Positions 13,314 to 24,073 of a DNA stretch of 64,000 nucleotides are shown piece after piece. The translations under genes were made by a program, and so were the position numbers. Below the pieces are notes generated by a model that made no database searches, was not told the DNA's origin, and saw only the letters and a list, made by a program, of their open reading frames with translations. Where the stretch lies: NCBI RefSeq assembly GCF_964204645.1, contig NC_134031.1, positions 11,534,088 to 11,598,087 of the forward strand, written 5' to 3'. How positions within the stretch are numbered: the stretch's first letter is position 1; every line of letters starts with the position of its first letter. Source of the stretch: Tubulanus polymorphus (taxonomy: Eukaryota; Animalia; Nemertea).

Positions 13314-13676
13314 TTATTTCATATTTCTGGTTTCTTTACTCGGGGTATAATAATCTGATAATTTAGGTTTGTATAGATGTAATTTTTCTTTAGTGGTTAC
13401 CGCGTTATATAAACTCATTGCATCATCAACTGATTGAAAATCTCTATGTGAAATCTTCTGATCATATAATTCCTTGTTAATATAATCCATATAGTTTTGC
13501 CTCTTTTCTCTGTATTCTTCTGCTGCTTTATTGTATTTTTCTAATGCTAAGTTATGTCTTTTTTGTTCTGTTAATGATCCATTTTCATCAATATGCTTAA
13601 ATAAATAACCACCACCAGTAAATGCTGAAGCGTTAACAATTGCAGATCCTATAATAGTTATAATTGCAGAAGCCAT
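13314..13676 (-). CDS. Viral small protein with N-terminal hydrophobic helix and coiled coil
   Basis: MASAIITIIGSAIVNASAFTGGGYLF...EQKRHNLALEK; TAAATG start; a hydrophobic tail in another frame (to about 13255) suggests a late frameshift. Confidence 0.75.
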   Translation of the reverse strand: MASAIITIIGSAIVNASAFTGGGYLFKHIDENGSLTEQKRHNLALEKYNKAAEEYREKRQNYMDYINKELYDQKISHRDFQSVDDAMSLYNAVTTKEKLHLYKPKLSDYYTPSKETRNMK

Positions 13677-13700
13677 TTATTTAGTCAAATAATTACGTAT

Positions 13701-13922
13701 TTATATGGGAGGAATATATTTTTGTTTTTCTAAATAATCAATTGTTAAATTAGATAAAGTAACTGCTAATGTTAATTTCAAGATATCATTTATATCAAAT
13801 CTATCAACATTAACACTTCCCATTTTAAATACGTTTTTTAATACCATTGAATAACCAACAGTTCCAACTGATAGTAAGGCTCCATTATATAAACCAGTTA
13901 TTATCCACTTATTATCACTCAT
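13701..13922 (-). CDS. Viral small hydrophobic protein
   Basis: 73-aa ORF, TAAATG start, two hydrophobic segments. Confidence 0.7.
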   Translation of the reverse strand: MSDNKWIITGLYNGALLSVGTVGYSMVLKNVFKMGSVNVDRFDINDILKLTLAVTLSNLTIDYLEKQKYIPPI

Positions 13923-13925
13923 TTA

Positions 13926-14279
13926 TTAATTAAAAAAATTACTATCTTCAAAATATTTAGTTAACTTATTTATGATTAAATCAACATTTATTTCATTACT
14001 AGTTTCATTTGTATATATTTCAATTATTATTTTTTTAATATCATCGATGATAAAATCTTCATCTAATTCATAAAATCTTAAAGATTCTCTAATTAAATTA
14101 GTAATCTTTTCTACATCTAGAGTTTCTTTATCTATTGTTGTTTCATACTCAAATGTTGTTTCATTAGAAAATGCAATATTTTTGATTTCTGTAATTACAT
14201 CATTAATGTTAAATTTCATTTCTTTCTCACGTTTAAAATCAAATCCAAAACATATACTCGGTCCAACAGTTATATTCAT
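13926..14279 (-). CDS. Viral hypothetical acidic protein
   Basis: 117-aa ORF, TAAATG start, packed between neighbours. Confidence 0.65.
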   Translation of the reverse strand: MNITVGPSICFGFDFKREKEMKFNINDVITEIKNIAFSNETTFEYETTIDKETLDVEKITNLIRESLRFYELDEDFIIDDIKKIIIEIYTNETSNEINVDLIINKLTKYFEDSNFFN

Positions 14280-14295
14280 TTATATAATGAAAAAA

Positions 14296-15117
14296 TTAAT
14301 CTCTACATCTTATAACTAATTCATAAATTACAGGGAAATTATTTAAATCAATTAAGTATCCATTGTGATTTCTTACTTCTAATTTGAAATTATTGAAATG
14401 TGGTATACAAGGTTTAAAATCACATTCAGCTAAATTATAATTTATTTGCCTTCCAAATTGTTTAACATTCTTCAATGGTAAAATATTTAATATACTAGAA
14501 TTACAAATTGTATCTTTATTTGCTTCAAATGTTTTTGTAGGATCAATTAAATTGCAATAAATATAAAAATGTGTAAAAGGTATTAAATTTGATATACCGT
14601 ATATGTTTCCTACAATAATTTTAACTGGATGAATTCCTAACAGTTTAGCAAAAGGTTTTTTTACCAAGTAAGCATGTTTTCTTGAAGGTAAAATAGTACC
14701 AATAAGATTTTCATCATCAAACTTTATTTTAATTTTATTAGAGCTCTCACTTTTTATGAATTTAATATTAAATTTAGAATCACTACCTAATATAATCCGA
14801 GCTTTTCTATTAATTTCTTGCTCTAATGTTTCTAAATTATAAAATCCTGGTGTAAGCATAAGATGAATCCAGTCATGTATAATTTTATCATAATTAAAAA
14901 AGGTTCTATGTTCATTAGTTTTATCTGATACATTATAAAAAGAGTAACATAAACTTATATTAACTAATTTTAAATCAAAACAATTCTTAAATTCTCTATC
15001 TAATTGTATTAGTAAATTATGTGATTTATAATTTGTAAGTTTTCTAGAATCAACAAATATTCTGTATTCTTTTAATTCTACCATTATTTGTAACATAAAA
15101 AAATTACCGCTCATCAC
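14296..15117 (-). CDS. Putative minor capsid protein (penton, single jelly-roll)
   Basis: IFVDSR N-terminus, PGFYN, AKLLGI, FYIYCNLID and C-terminal FKLEVRNHNGYLIDLNNFPVIYELVI, a pattern typical of Polinton/virophage pentons; likely true start at 15084. Confidence 0.7.
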   Translation of the reverse strand: MMSGNFFMLQIMVELKEYRIFVDSRKLTNYKSHNLLIQLDREFKNCFDLKLVNISLCYSFYNVSDKTNEHRTFFNYDKIIHDWIHLMLTPGFYNLETLEQEINRKARIILGSDSKFNIKFIKSESSNKIKIKFDDENLIGTILPSRKHAYLVKKPFAKLLGIHPVKIIVGNIYGISNLIPFTHFYIYCNLIDPTKTFEANKDTICNSSILNILPLKNVKQFGRQINYNLAECDFKPCIPHFNNFKLEVRNHNGYLIDLNNFPVIYELVIRCRD

Positions 15118-15153
15118 TAAAAATTAATTTTGATAAAAATTTTTCCTTAATAA

Positions 15154-16489
15154 ATGGATGAGAAGATACCATGCGAAATTTGTGGTGAACTTCTAAGAAA
15201 AAAGTAATATGGCTCGACATATGAAAAAACATGATGAAAATTATGAACCCCCTAAAATAAACTGCCCAAAATGTAATAAATTATTCTCAAGAAATTATGT
15301 TAAAAAATATTCAGAGAAGTGTAAAATTAATGGCGCAACGGCTAATGTTGATAGTAACGAAAGTAATTGTAATTCTGTTGAAGTTGAACCAGAAATTATT
15401 TGGAAAAGACCTTTCTTATTCTATGACAAGGATAATATAAAAGATCATATCTGCGAGCCTTGTCGAAAAAAATATAACCCTGAAAATATAGAAGATTGGG
15501 AGAATCATCAATTTCGTAAAGTACATATAGATAAAATTGCTAATAAATTTGAAGCAGAATTCAATGAAAGAAAAAATAGTTTATTAGAAAAAATAAAATA
15601 TGTGAAAACGTTACCAGATAATAAAGAAACAGTTGAAAAGTTAGAAAAACAATATAATGAATTAACAAGAAAAACATATTATTGTAAATATTGTAAATTG
15701 ATTATTACAACAAGTAATTCAAATCTACATAATAGAACAATAAAACATAAAGAAAACGTAAGAAAATACCAGGAGCTTAATGAAGATCTATTACCAATAA
15801 ATTATAAACAAAAATGACCACAATGTAATTATGCGACCTTAAGGCAAGAAGGTACTGTGTTATTTTGTAATGAATGTGGATGGCAAAAGAATTTATGGGG
15901 TGAAGAAAAAACTTTTTTGAGAGATTTTCTCATAGAACCAAAATTAAATTATCTAGATGAAATTTTTAAAATATTTTCTATAGAAGATCATACACCAGAA
16001 TATATGCAATGGCTTGAAAAAATGAAAATGATAGAAAATAAAAATGGTGAAATAACTAAAAAAGATATAATAAAAACAATTATTCCATCAACATTTAACA
16101 CAAAACAAAAGAAAATGTATTTATATTTATTATTTAATGATTATTATGAAAAACCTAAATTAACAGAAGAAGATATGGAAAATATAAAAAAAACATTCAA
16201 ACAAATATTAATGTATCATTTGGAAAATAGAATAACAGATTCAATTAATTATGAATTATTTTTAGATAAGATTGTAAATTATTTAAACATCGATATTATA
16301 ATTCTATTTGACGAATTAACAAACAAAAAGAAACAAAGAGAGCGATATGAAATGTGGTACAAGATAGAACTTTATTTAAATGAGAAAAATGAAATGGAAG
16401 AACCTAAACAAATTATACAAGAACAATTAAATGAAAATGAAGAAGCCAATAGTGATTTCGAGTATGATGATATTGATTTTATGTTTTAA
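15154..16489 (+). pseudogene. C2H2 zinc-finger / Zn-ribbon / VLTF3-like late transcription factor fusion
   Basis: ORFs 15209-15817 and 15857-16489 are in frame, split by one TGA that replaces the first Cys of CPQC...CNECG. C-terminus PKLTEE...FKQI...INYELFLDKI...LTNKKK...MWYKI follows the VLTF3 pattern; a 1-nt insertion near 15200 separates the TAAATG start. Confidence 0.6.
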
Positions 16490-19400
16490 TGGCCATAAGG
16501 TAATGTTTTTATACCATCATCAAAAATATGCCTTTTATCATCAAATGGATTCAAACTAGTTTTTTCAACTTCATTAATGTACATCTCGTGATTTTCTGAT
16601 CAATTCATTTTATGTTTCATTACAATTGAGTTATATTAACACTTTATATAATCTTGAAATTCTATATGTTTATCAACCACATGTTTTCTTATTCCTTTTA
16701 ACTTTTTAGCTTCATGATCTTTTGTTCTATAACTATACATTTTACTTCTTATCTCAACAAATTCAATCATTTCATCACCCCCTAATTCATCTTTAAATTT
16801 ACCAGGAATCTTTTTATTATCATTGCTAAATAGTTCATGATCTTTGGGATAATTGCTAAAATCAAAATGATGTTTTAATGTTTTTAAGTCTTTTGTTATG
16901 TCATTTGTCTTGATTTTTAGTATGTAACTGTCAGTATTTTTTGCAATTAATGGAAATCCACAGTTAAATGTACCATCTTCAGTTGATAAATCATAAACAT
17001 AATCTGATGGTTTATATATTTCAAATAAATCTTTAACTTCTTCTGTTAATTCTTTTTCTACATGCCTTAAATTAAAACAATTTGGTTTAGATTTAATTAA
17101 TTCTATATTCATATTAAATCCTAATGAACTGCATAATATATTTAATCCTGATATAGCAACTTTCCTTTCTGTGCGAAGGTTATCTTTTTATCCTTTGTAA
17201 ATTTTTTATTTTAGTGCCATCTGCGGCATAGAATCCAATGAAGAACCACTTTCTTAAATTATTTTTTGCATTTAATACATAATCTGGTACTATCTTTTCT
17301 TTTGTTGAAGTATTACTTTTCACTATTGCATGAATATAGAATTCATCATTATATTTTATAGCAAAATCTTTAGGATTATTTACAAGTATTCTATAAACTG
17401 CTGATGATTTCATAACATCTATGATTTTAAATATTTTATGAGAATAAACTTATTCACAGAATTTCTTAATTCTTTCTAATAATTTCAAATCTTGATTGCA
17501 TAAATACCAACAATATTTATTACCCCAAACATAATTATACACACCTGCTGAACCATCACCCATGAAAAATCCTTTGATAAAATATTCTTTTTCTTCTAAT
17601 GTTTCAGGTTCTATATTATAAATATTATCAATAATTTCATCAAATGATATATGATTCATTCTTTGGAAAAATCTTTTATGTAATAATTCATCTCCAATTT
17701 TTATATCAGTTGGTTTTATTTCATAGCCATTTCGTTTAATTAAACTATGATCTTCTGTAACATCTACAAACCCTAATTTAGTTCTAACTCTATAGATTTT
17801 CTTATTTGTTTTATGTCTAATAATATTCTTTAATTTTATCCATCCATTTCTTGTCCAAACATCCATTAATTCATTTATTTGTATTAATTCTTTTTCATCA
17901 TATGAAATATAACATTCATTTTGTTTTGGAATTATTTCTGAAATTCTTCTTATCAATATTTTATCATTACATTTTAATAATATTGGGGTGTCAGCTGTTA
18001 CAGAATCAAAATATAATATTTCAATATGCTTTTCCCCAAAAAGTGGTTGTAAAACATTATAATAAAAATCAAACATTGATAATTTTGATACTTCTAAAAC
18101 AGTTGAACCAATGAATATAGGTTTATTAAATTTCATTGACGTTCTTTTTAATTTAACTGCTGTTAAATAATCTTCAAATCTTTCCTAAATGTCTAGGACT
18201 TGATTGTAAATGTCTTAATCGTTCAGAATTATTTACTAATTCAATATCATTTCTATTTCTAATATTTTCGCATGTTTTACCATAAAAACTATTATTCATT
18301 AATTTGAAGAAATCTTTTTCAAAATCTGGTTTTGATATGGTTCTCTGTTGAGTATTGAAATCTATATATTTTTCTAACCACTTCGATTGATTAAATTCAA
18401 TATATCTATGTACTTTCTTTAATTTCATTCCTTGTTTTAGATAAAATTTATATTCTATAATAAACAATATAATTGTATTTATTATTTTGAGTAAGTATTA
18501 ATTTTTCTGTAAAAACATGATCTTTCGGTTTTATTTTCTTCTGGTATTCACTTAAATAACTATCATCTACAGTTAAATGTTCTGGGCATTAAGGTAAGTT
18601 TCTTGTTTTAAACTTTATATTTTCAGGATATTCTAAATCAACTACAAAGAAATAACCAATTGGTGCTTCATCTTCTAAACTCATAATTGCGCTTTCCCAA
18701 TTAGTTTTATCATCATTTTCAACTTCTGTTAATATAAAATTTCTATATGGTTGGGGTTGCATCATTGCCCAGCCATATAAATTATTGGCGTCAATATATA
18801 ATAATTTATATTCATCATTTGCTTTAAAATATCTATCTCCCATAACACCACTAATTCCACCTCTAATTGATTTTTCAAATAATAAAACCATATCTGGTTC
18901 TTTTAATAAATCTAATTCTACATTTGTATATTTTAAACCACATTGCCAGGTTAAACCAGGACTAGAGTAGCAATAACAACGATCAACATTAAAATGATTC
19001 AAATTAACTTCTCTAAATTTTTCAAATATGTCAGCCAATATCATAACATCTGATTTTAAATATAAATCAACTAATTCACCATGATTTTTCATCTTAAAAT
19101 GGTTCCAAATATTTAATGTTCTATTAAACACTTCATCTTTCACATACTCCTCTTTTAATTGATCATAAAATTGATCTTTTAATAATTCTGTTACATTAAA
19201 ATCATTGTGTGTTTTATAAAATGAATAAGGAATTGCGCCTTTATATCTCAATAATTTAAAATCTTGTTCATTGGATAATAATATCGAGTTATAACAAAAT
19301 CATTATCAACTAAACTTTTTGATAAATTATCTAATGAACTTGCTAGAAATCTATAAGAATCTAAAAATCTAATGCAACCAAATTGAAATGAAATATAATT

Positions 19401-21511
19401 TTCAGATGTTTTAGGTAATAGTTTAAAATCATATTTTCTTACATTTACGTCATTCATAGCATTATATTCTTCTATTTCTTGATTAATTGCGCCCAATTTT
19501 CCCGATAATTGTTTTGTAAATAGATGGGTATCATAGCCTGATAAATTATGAAATAATATTGGTACGAAATTAACTTTCTTAGCTTGTAAATTGCAATCTT
19601 CTTGAGCAGCTCCACGATATTTTGAATTTAAATGATCATGATCTCTAACTTTTTTATCAAATGAATAAAAACGTTTTTCACAATAACAACAATGAGTTGC
19701 ATAATTAAAATCAATTTCATCTTTTGTCATAACTATTCTTTTATTTTTTGTTTAATAATTTTGCAAAATCACTTTCTAATTCAATCATTTTGTCACAAAA
19801 ATCATTAACTACATTTTCACCTCTAAAAGAAATATATTAACTTTCATATAATTCGGGATAATTTGATTTGATGTAAATTCCATAAGCAGCAGCTCTTTGA
19901 TGAACTTAATTGTATTTATAATTGGTGGGTCTTGAATTATATCTTCATTTAGTTCATTTCCTTTATCCATTGATTTTAATAATTGCTGTTTGTTATATAT
20001 TTCTTTTCTCTCTTGATCAGTTGGAGTTACAAATGGAACAATATTTTTAAATTTATGATTAGTAAATTTCAATTTATAATCTTTTTCTGTTGGCATTATT
20101 AATTTACAAAAATCTTTATTATCACATAATTCTTTATGTTTCAGTAAAGCATTCTCACATCTAAATTTAGATAAATATTTTCTACATAGATAAATTTTAT
20201 TATGGTGATCACTTTCTGTTCTAATGAATAAATCAATTTGTTTTAACCACATATAATGTTCATTTTCATCTTTTTTGTAATATAACAAATCTATAGCATT
20301 TTCATCATCATAATATTCTGTTAAATATAAAGCTTCCAGTGTATAATCTTTAATATTTTCACCTTTTGTCTTTGGTAATTGCATTAATTCGAATACATTT
20401 ATTTTTAAATTATTAATTTTTTCTATTTTGGGTATCATTTTTATAGTTACTGGATATTGATCAATTTTATATAATGTTTCATATTTCCGGTATTTTGTTA
20501 TTCTAAAACTATGTGTTATATCTTCTGTTGGGTGTAAGCAACTAATAATTGACCGTAGAAAACATTTATTATCTTCATTTTGAATATTTATTACTGCTTT
20601 TGTTGTAAATGGTAATTTAATATAAGATGATGCTTTAATATCCTCCTTTTCTGTTGTAAAGTTTGAATCATTTTTAAACATTTTATTACTTTTTGATGTT
20701 TTATTTCTTTTTGTATTATAAACATTTAAATCTAAAAATATAATTTCATTCAATGTTAAGCCAGAACCCTCAAAATATCTTTCTTCAATATGACGTTTAA
20801 ATTCATTAAATATTTTTTCTAATTTCTCTTTTATTTGTGTTTTTGAAATTATTTCTTCAGAGAGTGTTTGAATATTATAATCCATTTTATCTTCTGACTT
20901 TAAAAAACTTACTTTCCCAGAGATACTAATTTTTGGATATTCAACATTGTTATCAAATCTAGTATTTTTTCTATTATTTCATTAAATTTACTATAATCTT
21001 CTATTGTTGTACCTTTAAAAAATCTAAATATAATAGCTGCAGGACCAATTTAACTACGTAATGTTTCTAATATTTCAATTGTATCTTTTATTTCTAGTGA
21101 ATCAATATAATTTCTAACATTTTCCATGTAAGGTTTATTTGAAATGGATTTAGTTTTGGAAGTTGGTTTTTTTACTTTTTGAGGTTTATCATCGAAATAA
21201 TCTTTTCCTAAAACATTATTACTCAAATTTTGATGGTGTTTTTGTGATTCGAGATGTCTATTATAATTCCTTTTTGTTATAAATTCATCACAAACTTCAC
21301 ATTTTATTTCATCCACATTCATATCATCTAATCGTTCTTTTCTTTCATTTGTATTATCTAGTGTTTCAAAATCTATTACATTTTTTATATGATTTGCAGT
21401 TTTTTCATGTCGTGATTTTTGGGATTTATCGATGTATTTTTTACAATATTGGCAATAATATTGATTTTTATTAACATTATTATTTTCTGGCTGGTGTTCA
21501 TTCTCCCCCAT
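16486..21511 (-). pseudogene. polB: Protein-primed family B DNA polymerase with intein, multiply disrupted
   Basis: FHNLSGYD and YLKSDV (exonuclease), YIDANNLYGWAM (A), KLMNNSFYGK (B), YFD/TDS (C), PGKFKDE, RSKMYS, C-terminal FDDKR...TLPYGH*; N-terminal Zn fingers, OTU-like NEDNKCF...HY and EndoVII-like VRDHDH. Confidence 0.95.
16936..18004 (-). mobile_element. Intein with LAGLIDADG homing endonuclease in PolB motif C (about 357 aa reconstructed)
   Basis: Block A SVTADTPILL, block B VDVTEDHSL, endonuclease blocks IKGFFMGDGS and FIGFYAADGT, blocks F/G YVYDLSTEDGTF...LIAKN, then TDS; removal restores YFDTDS. One stop and apparently two 1-nt frameshifts. Confidence 0.95.
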
Positions 21512-21595
21512 TTATTAGGAAAAAAAATTACTTGTGGTGATGAGTGGTGTCTCGACCTTCGACCTCTGGTATGAAACAACACATTTCCTATTACT

Positions 21596-21980
21596 GTTGT
21601 ATATGTTGGTTGTTCTAACATAAAATCATTTATATCTTTATATTTAACTACATTTTGTGGGATTATCTTATCTAATTTATCTTGTTTTACTTGACGCTAT
21701 ATATTTTTGGTAGAAGAATAAGCAACCGAACTCTCAGGGTTATAATATAAATTTCTTAAATATTGTTCTTTAGCATTTCTAGTTTTTTATCCCCCATTTA
21801 TATATCGTTAATTTTAACTTTATATTTTTAATATTGAACACTATGTAATTGATAATTTATGATATTTAATTGCGCATCAGATATAAGATAAATGTGCATT
21901 TTGAAATTTAAACTTTCTTTTTCCTTTTTCATGAATAATTGTATTCCATCTTTTGTATTTTGTAGTTTTTCCCCAGAACC
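21596..21980 (-). mobile_element. Virus copy B fragment: MCP C-terminus plus integrase N-terminus
   Basis: Diverged direct duplicate of 8468-8846. Confidence 0.85.
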
Positions 21981-22059
21981 AATATATTAAAAAATTTCTT
22001 TAACTGTTTTTGGATCTAATACAATAAATTTATTATTTCTATCATAATAGAAATATTAC

Positions 22060-22485
22060 TAGAAATAATAAATTTATTGTATTAGATCCTGAAACAGTTA
22101 AAGAAAATTTAGATAATTGTATAAAAATAGCAATTGATATTTATAAAGGATCAAATACATTATTTGTAATAGAAGATTGTGCACATTTACATGATTCAAA
22201 AATTAGAAAGAGTGAAGTATGTTATTTAGCTTTCTCTGGAAGACATTTGGGATAACGTGGGTTTTAAATCAAAAATATAATTCAATTGTTAAAGATTTTA
22301 GAGAAAACATTTGATTTTTAGTATTATTCTACAAGAAAGATAGAAAATCGATGAAAAATGCGCTTGAGGAAAATGATATTATTCCACATGATTTACATAA
22401 TGAATATATGGATAAATTGAAAAATAACAAAAGATCAAAATTACTATTTCGATTACAACACCCATTTGAATATGAATTCATTTAA
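22060..22485 (+). pseudogene. A32-like (FtsK/HerA) DNA packaging ATPase, C-terminal half
   Basis: Hand translation: TLFVIEDCA (Walker B), LAFSGRHLGI, WVLNQKY, DFRENI; Walker A half missing; frameshift and stop. Confidence 0.8.
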
Positions 22486-22688
22486 ACTCAACTAGCTGGT
22501 TAATCTAGTATATTTTAGTCACATTCTAGTCAAATCTTAGTTATTCGTAGTTGAAACAAAAATCAAATAAATTTCAACAAGAAATAAATAAAAACAATAA
22601 TATTTCGACTAGCATGTTAATCTAGTATATTTTTAGTTACATTCTAGTTAAATTCTAGTTGCAACAACACAATTTTTTTGTTTTATAA

Positions 22689-23238
22689 ATGGGAGGTGAA
22701 AAGAAAGGAAAATCTAAAAATAGTGATGTTCCAATTGAAAAAACTTTGGATGATTAATATAGGTATAACAGAAACAAAATTAACACCAGATAATAATGGT
22801 GCTTTAAATGATATTACTACAAACAATAATTATGAATATTATCTTTATTGTAAACATCAATTAGAAATATTTATAGCATCTGGGAAATGTAAAAGTTTTA
22901 TTAGCAAAAATTTAACTTATAATGAATAAGATGCAATGAAATCAGATGAAATTATTAAATTATTTAAGATTTATGAAACTGCGAGAATAGCTAGAATTAA
23001 TGATGCGATATCAGAAAATGTATTAAAAGGTTATAGTAAATTATGTAAATACATGCTACCAATTCAAGATGAAAATAGATTATATTCCGATTTAGAAAAT
23101 GATTATTTAGTTATGACTGAATTTAATGAATGGATTGGATATTCATCATTTCAATTAGGTGGATTTATGACATTATCAACTGGAGTTATGACATTTTCAA
23201 ATATTGAAAGTAAAATTTTTTCTATAATAAATGAGTGA
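22689..23238 (+). pseudogene. Viral hypothetical protein, disrupted
   Basis: TAAATG start at 22689; ORFs 22678-22929 and 22936-23238 are in frame across one stop. Confidence 0.55.
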
Positions 23239-23599
23239 AGTGGAAGAGGTGAAAGGATTAACTGTAAAGAAAAAACCGAGATCACAGAAACATATTGAAT
23301 GGTCTCGGCAATTAGGAATTAAATCGAGAGAATTTAAAAAAGCTATAAAAGAAAAAATAAATAATGAAAATGTTAATAATAATGGTGAAAATATTTTTAT
23401 TTCTACTCCTTCTGATAATAGAATATATGATAAATATTTATATTTTACAACTGGATTTGTAATTGTATTCATTTTGATTGGGTGTAGTTGGTATAAAAAA
23501 TCAAATAATATTTATGTTATTAATAATTCTGAAACAACTACTATCAAAAATGAAAATACTTCTGAAATTCCAAAATCCACAATAAAAGAAATGGATTAA
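23231..23599 (+). CDS. Viral single-TM protein
   Basis: 122-aa ORF, TAAATG start, TM segment YLYFTTGFVIVFILIGCSWY. Confidence 0.7.
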   Translation: MSEVEEVKGLTVKKKPRSQKHIEWSRQLGIKSREFKKAIKEKINNENVNNNGENIFISTPSDNRIYDKYLYFTTGFVIVFILIGCSWYKKSNNIYVINNSETTTIKNENTSEIPKSTIKEMD

Positions 23600-23747
23600 T
23601 ATTTTAGAAAAACAGCAAAAAAATAATTTCATTGATTCTAATTGAATATCTCACTACTTTTGTCTGTCTATGCGGAGCAATTAAATTGTCCAGATAAGTC
23701 ATTTCGGATTCTCAATATTTAATCAATTTTATTATCAATTTATTTTT

Positions 23748-24073
23748 TTAACCAACAACTTCTAAATCATGATGCCCGTCTTCATTTTTCCCATGGTAAA
23801 TTATTTTAAATCCTTTAAATCTTTTAATTCCTCTGTACTCAATGAAACCTATTTATCAGGTAAAAATACTTTAAATTCCCGCGTTGTACTAACATTACAG
23901 TAAGTTAAATTTGCTGATACTTTCTCTCCATGTTTAGTTTTTATCTTTTCTAATTTTGATATTTTGTGTTCAATTTCATTTGTAACATCGACTAACTTTT
24001 TTATTTCAAATTGTTTTTTTGCTGGTTTTATTCTGTTATTTACTGTTGCTAAGAATGCTTTTCTATTTCCCAT
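23748..24073 (-). pseudogene. Small viral protein, possibly OB-fold ssDNA-binding, next to a terminus ending about 24160
   Basis: TAAATG start; TKHGEKVSANL...FKVFLPDK, continues past one stop; upstream 24070-24160 resembles 21508-21595. Confidence 0.4.

Larger units (their letters stand above)
8450..21595 (-). mobile_element. Endogenous Polinton/Maverick-like virus, copy A (left end lost, right terminus at 21595)
   Basis: Very AT-rich, intronless, tightly packed genes: integrase N-terminus, capsid proteins, pPolB; ends in ...CCTATTACT (AGTAATAGG on the - strand), matching related termini at about 24160 and 49116. Confidence 0.9.

Noticed and set aside
12801-15117. Host domestication of the still-open viral ORFs
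   Set aside because: They are short, so survival by chance is plausible; one appears frameshifted at its tail and the copy C homologue is broken
15815-15817. Programmed readthrough, selenocysteine or alternative genetic code at in-frame stops
   Set aside because: Stops are of mixed types and accompanied by frameshifts; ordinary decay explains them
21385-21621. 78-aa ORF MLEQPTYTT...
   Set aside because: Chimeric read-through from copy B's integrase across copy A's terminus
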